Shown one piece after another: positions 40,870 to 51,770 of a DNA stretch of 64,000 nucleotides. The DNA is from Geosiphon pyriformis uo1 (Eukaryota; Fungi; Glomeromycota), in assembly GCA_016748015.1 (NCBI GenBank), contig JAAOMT010000328.1:763960-827959 (forward strand), read 5' to 3'. The translations under genes were made by a program, and so were the position numbers. Under the pieces are notes generated by a model that saw only the letters and a program-made list of their open reading frames with translations, made no database searches and was not told where the DNA came from. The stretch's first letter is position 1. Each line of letters opens with the position of its first letter.

Positions 40870-41240
40870 ATAAAATTTAATTATGTTGTTATCAAAGATT
40901 TTTTTATTTTTTTCTTAATATTATTAATATTATTTTGCTGTTAATTTTATTGTTAATAAAAATTAATAAACTTTTAATAAGTTAATTTTCTTTTAAAGTA
41001 TTAAAAAATACTTTAAACTGTATATATTGTTAAATTTATAATAAAATAGCCAATTTTATGTCAATTACTTGAATAGTTATTTTATAGTAAAAATTAATTT
41101 TTTTACAAGAGAATTTTATTTGTAAGTTTTTTAAAATTATATGTAATTACTTTGTTATAAAAGTCAATTTTTTTACAGAAAATTTTGACTGTAAACTTCT
41201 CAAAAAAAAAAAAAAAAAAAACCAAAAAAAAAAAAAAAAA
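40870..41240 (+). mobile_element. AT-converted ghost of the LINE 3' UTR with poly(A) tail
   Basis: Matches ~49980-50293 (gttactttgctgtgaaagtcaactcttctacagaaatcttgtctgtagg -> attactttgttataaaagtcaattttttttacagaaaattttgactgtaaa); A-tail 41192-41240. Confidence 0.85.
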
Positions 41241-41873
41241 TGTATTAAGAAAGTTGTTTTGAATTCAGACCTAAAAATTATTAATAGTTACTAAAATTAA
41301 TAGCTAATTAATTTCAAATTATTAGTATAGAATAGTAAATTTTTTAAACAAGAATAATTAAGAATTTTTATGTTTTTTAAAACAAATTTTATTGTAATTA
41401 ATTTATAAAAAAAATAATTCTAACTAAAATATTTAATAAAAAATATAAATTTTAATGAAATTCTATTTTTTCGAAAAAAAAGCTCTTCTTTTATATAATT
41501 TGGTATAACATTATTCTATAATCTAATAATTTTTTTTTTCTAATTTCTTGATAAACTAAAAATATATTTTGTTAAACTACAAGTTATTTTTATAAACTAA
41601 AAATTATTTTAGTAAACTGTTGAATATTTTAATAAATTTTTAAATATTTTAACAAATTTTTAATATTAAATAATTCAGTATATTACATAATCTAATTATT
41701 GCAATTTGGTTTTATTTGTGTTTTGTATAAATTAAGTTATTAATTAAATAATATTTCAAATAATTTAAAAAGATAATAAGTAATAAATTAAAATAATAAT
41801 ATATATTAATTAATAATAAAAATTAAAAAACTAATTTTATGTCAAATAATATCTTAAATTTCGGCTAGTAATA
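41241..41873 (-). mobile_element. Decayed solo LTR related to the Gypsy LTR at 50352-50968
   Basis: Colinear similarity over the whole length (agctcttcttttat, ttattaattaaat, decayed 20-bp repeat array); begins TG, ends agtaata (from ggtaaca). Confidence 0.85.
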
Positions 41874-42159
41874 ATGTATATTTAAATATAAAACTAATAT
41901 AAATAAGTTTAAATTTATATATAATAACAATTTAATATTTTTTATTATAATTTGCCAATTATTTTATTAAATATAACTAAGATTTTTAGTATAAGTTTTA
42001 AGATATATATATATTGTTTATTTTATTTAAATTTTAATAATAATATAACTATTAAAATAAACTTGTAATATTATTTTAATTAGTTTAAATAATTGGTTAT
42101 ATATAAAAAATATATAAGTTATATTTAGTTTAAAATATTTAATTATTATATTATATTAT

Positions 42160-42825
42160 TATTATGAGTTGAAGTAACAAGCTAACAGATAGCAAGAGAA
42201 AACAAAATTGTAGGGTGATAGAAATAATCAAAAAGAATTCAACTTTAAAGAGTGAATTGAATAAGTATAAATTCAATGTATGAGATTAGTCTCATAAAAT
42301 ATCTCAGTTGCTATTCTTTTCAAAAAGATAATTGAAGAATCTGAAGATAGAAGGATAGTCTATACTGTCAACAAATGATCACACTTAGTATAATTCTATG
42401 CCTCATGTTGGCATTCTTAGAATTCAATATCAAGTATTAGATGTGCTTTTTAGTCATGTTTTATTCAATAATCTTCAAATGGTACACTTATACATTTTAA
42501 GAAAAAGGATAAGAATTAACCAATAAGTAATCTTTTATCCTAAGATGTTTGGATACTTGAAGATAAGGAAAGAAAAATTAGCAATAAGAGAATAATTGAA
42601 ATAAAAGTTGTTATTTTATTTATTCTTGATTATTTTAAATATGCTTTTCTACAACTAAGAGATTCATCACTTATATAGCTGTCAAAAGTAGTCAATAATC
42701 AGATTAATAGTCAAGTTATTGATCAAATTAATGATCACTATCTAAAAATAGAGTGGCTAATTTATATGATATCAATGGCTAAGACATATAATAATTAATA
42801 AGAAGTATAAGTTTCAATCATAATA
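42160..42825. mobile_element. Probable solo LTR of a second family
   Basis: ~666-bp GC-richer island bounded by inverted ends tattatgagttgaa..ttcaatcataata (TGTTATG..CATAACA after G->A/C->T), possible 4-bp TSD ttat, internal TATA-like ctatataag on the minus strand. Confidence 0.6.
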
Positions 42826-43383
42826 TTATATTATATAATAATTAAATCTTACTTAAATTAATAATAAAAAATATATTAAAACCAAATAAAATATATTTTT
42901 AAAAAATTAAAAAATTTTATTTAAAATTAAATATAATTTGTATATATTATTCTTAAAATTTTAATAATTGAAACCAATTATTTTTAATTATAATAATTAA
43001 AAAAATTTAGTAATTTGATTATTATAATAAAATAATTTAATATTATAATAATTTCTTTTAAAAAAAAAAATTTTATAATTAATTTTATAAAAAATTATTA
43101 ACTTACCAAAAAAACAATATTAAATTTTATTAATTTTAATTAAATAATATAAGTTAAATTAAATAAAATTAAATAATAATTAATATTATATATTATTATT
43201 AATATTTATTTTTAAAAAACTTTAATATCTTTTTTTTATTGATTTTATAAAGTATAATTCAATTATCAATGACTTCTCTCTTACTCCCAAAAATCCCAAT
43301 AAGTTATTTTTCTGAAAAAAAAGTTTTTGTTTTTTTCTTATTAGTATTATATTAATATTTCTTTAACTAATAACCCCTTTGTC

Positions 43384-45251
43384 ATGGATTCAAAGGCTGC
43401 TTCTAGTGGCAGCATGTCTAGTAAGAAGACTTTTAAGAGCGTGTTTCATGGTCCTGCCAATGGTTTCTTTTCACAAAAAAAGAAGACTTCTCTTGGTAAT
43501 GTTAAATACTCTGGTGATGAAAAGGATATTTCTTTGAAGTCTGGTTCTAGTGCTAGTGTATATTCCGATGTAGAAAGCCTTTCTGGTGATGATGAGGATG
43601 TTAGTATGTCTGGTGGTTTTAATGATTCTCTTTTGGATTCAGCTGTTAACACTCCCAAGGCTAAACGTGTGAATACTAGTGTGAATTTTGGTTCTCTTAT
43701 TGGTTCTTCTGACTTTGAGATAGATGAAAAAGTGAAGCCCTTTCTGCCCCCCCTTATGAAAAAAATTCCTTTGGATAAGATCTGGATCGATCCCAAAATT
43801 ATCAAAACTCCTATAGAGATGGCAGTTAAGAAATCTTTTGCCTTGGATATCAATCTTTCAGCTATTGAAAGCAAATCAGTGATGGCGAAAACTTATTTAA
43901 TCAGGAAGGTTTTTTCAAAGATCAATGGTTTTGGGGAGACCATTACCCTCTCAAAATTTGAAGGGATCATCTGATCGACATTTACATTTGAGGAGAGCAT
44001 GAAGAAAGCTGTGTCATTGGCCGAAGAAGAGAGGATTGTCATAAACAATGATGTGAGAAAACAAGGGTTTCGTTCAGATCAGGCTGTGGTAATCAAAGAA
44101 ATTTCCATGGATACACCAAAAGAAATAATCGTCATTGCAGTTTCTGAGTTTGGGCAAATTAAGTTGATCAAAATCCAGTTGGTTGGTATGTGGCAGAAGG
44201 CTGTGGTGGAATTCGCCAAATCAGGACAGGCAGAGCAATTGGCTTCAAAATGGTCCTTTTTAATTGAAAAAGACTCTGTACGTGTGGCAAAGGCCATGAG
44301 AGATTGCAATATCTGGGTCTCTAGAGATCATTTTAGGACGCTTCTGTTTACACTGCTGGTGGGAACAACAACGCATGACCTTAGTAATCTTCTGGATAAA
44401 ACTGGTGGCAGAACTTGCATTATTAATCGTTTATTGAACACTGGCAATAGAGTTTGCTGTGCTGTAGTTGGCTTCAAATTCGAGAATGATTTGAATTCCG
44501 CTTTTCTCACTGAGCCTGTTTTTGGTGGTGTTCGTCTTTCTTGGGCTAGGCTGGATTTGGTTCGATGTGAAAAATATGGACGTCTTGGACATTCGGCTTT
44601 AGAGTGTGATGCATCAGATATGTCGTCTTCTGATCTCTTGAATAATTTTAATAAAAGGCATGCTCCTAGTGTAGATCATCTCTAGTTGGCCAAGTTATAT
44701 GTAAAGAAAAATGTTCCTATATCCCACCCTGCTGCCTTTGGTGGCAAATTATGGGCCCAGATAGTCTCTTTTGCTTCCTTTTCTGGTGGCTCTCCTTCTG
44801 GTTTTGGTCTTGGTACTGGTTCCTCTCACCATACAACTCCAGATTTGGGTGGTGGTCCTCCTTTTTTTACACTTGCCGACTCTTCTTTGAATGCTTGCTT
44901 GGCATCTTTGAAATGTTCTCTCGAGTTGTTGACTAACCAAGTGTCTGATATTTTAAGGAAATTGAGTTTTGTTGAATTGGTGCCCCTCTTTTGGTTGGAT
45001 CTGTGTCTTTGGCCCCTAGTTTGGATTCTGATATGGCTCTGGATGGTGAATTGGCATCATTTGATCACCATTTTCCAAGTATTGATATGGGTGGTGGCTT
45101 CAATTCAAGTAGTTCGAAGGTTTTAACTACCAAGATAGGTGGTTTGAAGTCTAAAATGTTGGCTCTGGAGGCTTCAGTCAGTTCTGTTTTGGCAAGATTG
45201 GATTTTTTGTGTGCTGGTTTGGGTTCCTCTTTACTGCTTTCACCCCAATGA
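43384..45251 (+). pseudogene. LINE ORF1 (RRM-like regions, degenerate CCHC knuckle, coiled coil)
   Basis: In-frame stops at 43972 (TGA) and 44683 (TAG), frameshift near 44990; knuckle CEKYGRLGHSALEC. Confidence 0.85.
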
Positions 45252-48200
45252 GCAGTTTGGTCTGGAAATTTGCTACATGTAATATTCAGGACATGAACAT
45301 TCCTGTGAAGCAGGATGATATAGTTTGTTGGCATGTAAACTCGGGAAACATGGTTTTTTTTATTACTAAAACAAAATTAAGATCCTCTTCTGGGCCATGG
45401 ATAAAGGATAAATTTAATGGAGTGCAAATCTTTTCTTCAGGATTGGATAAAGGTTTTATGGGTGCTGAAGTTGCAATTATTATAAACATTTCTTTGGCTT
45501 GTCATGTATCTAAGATGGAGGAGATTCCTGGTCGGGTTGTTTCTGTTTGGCTCTTGTTTAAGAGCAAACTCTCGGTTACTGTTTTGGGGTTGTATGCTGG
45601 TGCCTCTTCTGGAGCTAGGTTTGGTCAGGCTTTTGAAGTTAACTTTCTTATTGCAAAGGCTGTCAACTCCAGCAATTTTGTTATCTTGGGTGGGGACTTT
45701 AATGAGAATGGATCTAGTAAAAGTGCTAGTTTCAAGTTTTTTTTGAGTTTGGGTTTGGTCAATTCATTTGTTGGTCATTATTTGGCTAATTCTCATATGT
45801 GGAGCAATTCGAGAGGGGTTGGAAAAACGATTGATTACATTTTTGTTGGTGGTAATTTGTCTTCTGCTGTTGCTAGTCATCAAGTTGTCTCTGTTTCAGA
45901 TTTCTTTGACACTGATCACAGGGCAGTTGTGGTTTTGGTCGGTTTGGATGGGCTTTTGAATGTACAGTTGAATAGTTTGCACAAGCAGACGAATAAAGAT
46001 TGTTGGAAGTTTAAAATCAAGAATACTGACTGTGCTGGATGGACTAAGTTTAAGGATCTCTCTTCAGCAAAACTCTTGTCTTTGGGTGAGGTGTTCTCTG
46101 GTGCTGAAATGCATGGTGATGTGGATGCTATGTGGGCAGTTTTGGTGGGGGCTGTGGTAGATTCTGCTGATGTGACATTTTTGAGACATTGGTTTAATGA
46201 ATTCAAGTGTTCAAGAAACAAACATTCTTTTAGGTTTTTTGGTCTAGAATTGTTGGTGGCCAAGATTGTCAAGAAATTTTGCTCAGGTGACTTACTGGGT
46301 ACTAATCGTCTTGTAAATAAATGGTCAACTCTGAATGATGCAAAGGCTTGTGCTTTCAAGGACTTGGTTGGCTCAGGTGTTAAATCTGATGTTGTTGTTA
46401 GGCATTTGTCATTGGTTTGCAGAGATTACAGGAGGTTGAAGATGTTTGAGTCAAGATTGGCTGAGGAAGCTTTGATTAGGAAGGCAATTGAGAAGCACAT
46501 AGATAATTTCTGTTTGGATAAAGGTAGTATGATTAGGAGTGTGTTGGAAAAGCCTTTTCGCAAGGTGGTGTTGAATTACTTGATAGTTGATAATGATCTA
46601 GTTTTGTTGCCTGAAGAGGTGAAGTCGAGCGTGGATAAGATAATGGAGAGATGGACAAAGAAATGCTCTGTGCAGTCAGAGCTTCCTGATCTTTGGGCTT
46701 GTCAGTACACACCTTTGAACCATGTTTGGGATGATGCCTTTTTGGGTGTTATGAGTGCAATCAGTATGAGCGAGTTACTTTCTGTTGTTGGTGGTCTGCC
46801 TGATGGCAAAGCTGCTGGTTTGTCTGGTGTTTCTAATGAGTTGTAAAAACATGGTGGTAAAATGGTTTTGGGGTGCCTGTTGGTGCTGTTTAATAAGTGT
46901 TTGTCTGTTGGAGTGGTGCCTGTTTTGTGGAAGAAAACTTGGGTGTCAATGATTCCTAAGCCTTACGATTGGGATGGAGTTCTTACAAACACTCAGCCCA
47001 TTGCTTTGATTGAGAGTGCCAGGAAGATTCTTTTCAAGGTTCTGTCTGATTGTATTTCAATGGCTTGTAGCAAGTTCAACATTCTTCAAGGTGACAATTT
47101 TTCGGTGCTGAAGGGTACATCCACACAATCTCTAGTGTTTGCTGTCGGTTCAGTGATTAAGGATACTATTGAGAAGAATAGGGAGTTATGGTTGGTCTTG
47201 CAAGATATGCAGAAAGCTTATGATTCAGTTGGATGGCATTATTTAAGAGCTAGTTTGCAGCATGTCAAGATGTGTGAGAGGTTCATAAGGTTTTTTGGTG
47301 GTATTTATGAGGATAGAGTTAATAGGGTAATGACTGACTTTGGTTTGTCTGGTGGTTATAAGGTGCATGATGGGCTGGATTAGGGTGAGGTCTTTTTGCT
47401 GCTTCTATAGAGAATTTTTTATGATCCACTTTTGTGTAAGGTTAAGAGACACAAACAATTGTGTGAGTACCAAATTAATACTAAGTTTGTTGCAAAGTCT
47501 GGCAGAATTGAGAGCAGTGATGGTTTGACATTATATTTTTTGGCTGGTGTATTTGTTGATGATACAATCTGGGTTGGAAATTGTTAGGCTTCTACTCAAT
47601 ATGCTCTGAACATTGCCAGTGAATTTTTTGTGATCAATGATATTTCTATCAACAGTGAGAAGACGATAGCTATTCCCATTAATCAGGGTGTTAAAGTTGC
47701 TTCACTGAGCATTTGTGGTCAGCCAATTTCTATTGCCAAAAAAGAGGAAGCACATCGGTATCTAGGTATTTTTCTGTCAACTGAGGGGCTCTCCAAGCCA
47801 AGTGTTGCCAAGGCTCATGTGGATGTGCATTTCTTTATCAATGTTGTGCTTAGGAAAGCTATTACTGACAAACAGTTCTCCTATCTGGTGTCGGCTATTT
47901 TATAGCCTATTGTTAGCTATTATATTCAGTTCAGTTTTGTCCCTTCTAATGTTTGTCACAAGTGGGATGTCTTGGTTAGAAAGGGTCTTAGGTTTAAGGC
48001 TTGTCTCCCCCATGATTTTCTTGATGCTGCTTTGCATCATCCCTCATTGTATGGCCTGAAGCCTTTTAAGCAAGTGCAGTCAGAGGGGAAGATTGCTGCT
48101 CTGATAATGTTCTCTAATCCCTTTGGTATTCTTGGGCGTTTGTTTAGACATAGGTTTTTGGATCTGCAGGTTCTTGGTTGGGCTCCTTTGGATTCTTTGC

Positions 48201-49933
48201 AGTTTCCGGTCAGGTTGTGTGTTAGTCCAGTAAACAATTTTTTGGCTGGGATGGTGAAGATTTTTTTGGGCAATAAGCTTTCTTTGGTGAACAACCTCCC
48301 CACTGCATTTTGTAGTCCTGGTCATTTTTTGTTGTTCTTTATTCTTGGAAAGTCTCTGTATTTTGACTTGGTCAAATCTCTTAGACGCTTTGGTGTCACT
48401 TTTGGTGATCAGCTTTTTGATAAAAAAGATGTTTTGTTGGATTGGAAAACTTTTTGTTGTTGGAAGAGATTGGATCTGCGTGGCCCTGTGCCTCATTGGT
48501 TCTTGGTTTCTTCAGAGTTTTTGAAAAGTCAGGGTTGTTCATTTTCTGGTTTTATTGACTCTGCGGAAAAGATTGGTTTGGACATTTTAGAGTCTGGAGA
48601 ATTTTTTGTGGTAATAGATAGATTGCATGACATTTGGTTAGGCTTTTTTGAAGTTTTTACAGATGAGTCTTTGAGGAATACAGGCTCTGCTGAGGTCACC
48701 TGTGGTGCTGCTGCATACTTTTCAGTCTTGGATAAAAGCATTGGTATTGCTGTTAATGGCCTTTTGTTATCTACTATGGCCGAATTGCAGACTGTTACTT
48801 TGGCTTTGGAATGTGTTCCTTCTTCAAGTACTGTGGTGTTACATCTTGACAGCCAGGCTGCTATTGACGCATGTATGTCTGAGATGTCTTTGGTCACCCC
48901 TGATTTCCGTAATCAATGCTGGCTGAAGAGGCATTATATTTTCAATTTGGTCAGAGATAAGGATCTTAGTGTGAGTTGGGTTAAGGTAAAAGGCCACTTT
49001 GGAATTCCTGGTAATGTGGAAGCTGACTTGGCTGCTGAGGCTGTCTCTGGATCTCCCTTTTCCCTTTGTGCCAATGTGCATGAACATTTTTTGGTTGCTG
49101 AGAATGTCGCTATTTCTGGTAATGCCCATCATTTTGTTAGGAATATTTTTCGGTCTGTTTGTTCTGCTCATTGGGAAGCTGGGCCTGGTTGTGATGTGGT
49201 TCCAGATGTGATAATTGGTTGCATAGACTGGGTTGTCATGGCAAAGGTGTGGCATCCTGATTCTCATATGCTCACTGAATTTACTAGCTGGGTGTCCTCA
49301 ACACTTCGCACTTATATTATGAAGGCTGTGCACAGAAGATTACTGGTGGTGGTGAGAAAAAGGTTGTATGATAAGTGCTACCCTAGTGTATTATGTTTGT
49401 TTTGTGGTGGAGTGGAGTTCTCTAACCATGCTTTTACTTGTGTTTATGAGTCTGGCATTCATGGTGAAATTTTGGCTGAGGCTTCTGCCCATTGGTCAGC
49501 TTTGGCTGACGGTTCCCTTGCTTCTGCTGTGTTGTGAGTTTTGTCTCAATGTTCTATTGATGTTGGGTTGTACACTCTGGTTTGCAAAGGGTTTGTGCTG
49601 AGGGAGTGGTATGAGGAAGCTTGCAGTATTTTTGAGAATAGAAAGGTGGCAGCTACTCAGATTATTGATTATGTCAGGTTCGTGGTTGAGTTACATCGTG
49701 CTAAAGTGTGATTGGCTAGGGCCAGCCACCGGGTGGTGATGGAGAAAGCTGGTCTGGTTTGTGACAGTGGTATTGTTTCTGGGCTCTCTCATGGTGTGTC
49801 TTCAGTTTTGTCTGATGATATTGTAAAATTGCTTGGTGTGGCCAATTCTTTTGCTGTTAGCTTTGGTCATCGGAAGCCTTATTGTTTTTTTTCTGGTCTG
49901 GGTGGCAGTGTGTAGGTTATTATTGGTGTATAG
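45248..49933 (+). pseudogene. LINE ORF2: AP endonuclease, reverse transcriptase, RNase H, C-terminal CCHC finger
   Basis: APE: ATCNI, GGDFNE, IDYIF, TDHRAV; RT: PIALIE, QDMQKAYDSV, FVDD; RNase H: VFTD, MAEL, LDSQAA, WVKVKGH..GNVEAD; finger CLFC..HAFTC; stops explained by CAG/CGA/TGG->stop. Confidence 0.92.
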
Positions 49934-50351
49934 TGTTGTCTTGTCTGGCCTGAGTGGCTAGCCACATGTAGAAAGTGTGTGAGTTGCGTTGTTACTGGAG
50001 GTTTTTGGTCTCTTTTCTATAATGTTGTTGATACTTATTTGCTGTGAATTCACGTTTTCTGGATGTGGTTGAACCTCTAGTAACTGAATTTATCTTCAAA
50101 TTATCTCCTATAATTTGAACTGCTGGGCTTATAAGTGGAATGGCCAATTCTTTGCCAGTTACTTTATGTAGTTACATTGTAGTAAACGTCAACTCTTTCC
50201 CAGGAATTGCTTGTCTGGAAGCTTACTAAAATGTATAGTTACTTTGCTGTGAAAGTCAACTCTTCTACAGAAATCTTGTCTGTAGGCTACCCTAATGATT
50301 ATAATAAGAAAAGAAAAGAAAAATAAAAGAAATGTAAAAGAAATAGAATTT

Positions 50352-50968
50352 TGTCAAGGGAAACGTTTTCTATCCAGGCCTGGAGTCACTAACAGTTTAC
50401 TGAAATTGGTAGCTAATCAATTTTGAAATGTTAGTTGGGTTTTGGGGATTTTCCAAGTACAATAATTAAAGAATTTGGTTTTTCAAATTATTTGATATTT
50501 ATTTCTTTTTGTGTGTATAGGAACAGTTTTAAGAGATAAATCTAAAGTAAGATACATTTTCTCGAAGAGAAAAGCTCTTCTTTTATACAACTTGTCGTAA
50601 CACTATTCTATGAACTTGAACTTTGCTATTTTCTACAATTTTGCTGAACTAAAGATACATTTCGGCAAACTACAAATTATTTCTGCGAACTATTAGATAT
50701 TTCGGTGAACTATCAATTATTTCGGTGAATTTCTATAAATTTCGGCGAACTTTTGAATGTTACATAGTTCAGGGTATTGCATGATTGATCATCGCAATTA
50801 GGTTACATTTGTGTTGTGTACAATTTGGGTTATTAATTAAATGATAATTTCGGATATTCTTTGCTAATGTAATAAGTGATAATTTGAAACAATAATATAT
50901 GCTAATTAATGATAGGAATTATGAGATAGTTTTATGCTAAATGATATCTCTAATTTCGTCTGGTAACA
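50352..50968 (-). repeat. 3' LTR (617 bp)
   Basis: tgtcaaggg..ggtaaca; 50439-50968 matches 59227-59756. Confidence 0.92.
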
Positions 50969-51656
50969 TAACCTCCTTCTCAAGACTGAGCTTCATCGAA
51001 GTCCAAGTACTGTCTGTTATTTCCAGATAATAATCCAAAATTATTGAAGAAATTTGGTCTGAAAATTGTTGAAATTTCAGTTTTGTGAGCTTTCCAATGT
51101 ATTGAATCTTCAAAGGTTGAAAAATTGGGTTTTGTAGTACGTTTTCACAAGTGTGGAATAGATCATAAAGTCTAAGAGCAGCTCTAAGCCTATAGTGACT
51201 GTTTGTTAATCCAGCTGTTGTCTTGAATTCGTTGTGGAGTTGTTTCTGAATAGCTTCTTTTGTGAGGTTTGCTGTTGTAAGTTCCAGTTTCTGTTCGTAG
51301 AGTGTTTTTCCAATGTGAAAATATCTATAGATTGGAAGATATTCAGTGTTTTCCTCATTGAGACACAGTTGAAGTTTTTGTTGACTTGTAGTATTTAGTG
51401 GGATACTAATCGGAGTGAGCATTAGGTTTTCTTTTAAAGCAAGCTTTAAAAGTTCTGGCAGGTGAATTCCAGTATAACTTCTTGTGTTCTTTTTATATGG
51501 GTGATATTTTCGTGAATTTGGGGCTAAATTTATAACTACTTCTGTTTGGGTATAATTTATGTGGTTTCCAGTAACAGTAATGGATAATTCGGGTATTGTT
51601 TTTAAAGCTAACATTAGTTTTTGGGATAATTGTTGAATGTTTTGAGGAATAGTCAT
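50937..51656 (-). CDS. Accessory ORF of unknown function between integrase and 3' LTR
   Basis: ~239-codon open frame from ATG 51656, crossing the PPT and ending inside the LTR; no TM segment or signal peptide evident. Confidence 0.65.
   Translation of the reverse strand: MTIPQNIQQLSQKLMLALKTIPELSITVTGNHINYTQTEVVINLAPNSRKYHPYKKNTRSYTGIHLPELLKLALKENLMLTPISIPLNTTSQQKLQLCLNEENTEYLPIYRYFHIGKTLYEQKLELTTANLTKEAIQKQLHNEFKTTAGLTNSHYRLRAALRLYDLFHTCENVLQNPIFQPLKIQYIGKLTKLKFQQFSDQISSIILDYYLEITDSTWTSMKLSLEKEVMLPDEIRDII
50972..50982 (-). promoter_or_regulatory. Polypurine tract (plus-strand primer)
   Basis: GAGAAGGAGG on the minus strand just upstream of the 3' LTR. Confidence 0.8.
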
Positions 51657-51770
51657 TATAAGCACTTGAAAAAATAAAAATTTATTTTTGGTTTATGGGT
51701 TTTTATGTTATTTTTGTTTTGTTTTTGTGAGATTGTTCTAAATTATAAGAGAATAACTAGTAAAATTAAA

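Larger units (their letters stand above)
43270..50345 (+). mobile_element. Full-length non-LTR retrotransposon (LINE): ORF1 plus ORF2 (APE-RT-RNase H-CCHC), inactivated
   Basis: ORF1 from 43384, ORF2 from 45248, structured 3' UTR, A-rich tail ~50294-50345; 5' boundary approximate. Confidence 0.93.

Noticed and set aside
50640-50760. CRISPR-like repeat/spacer appearance
   Set aside because: Units are 20 bp with 7-nt spacers inside a eukaryotic LTR, and there are no cas genes.
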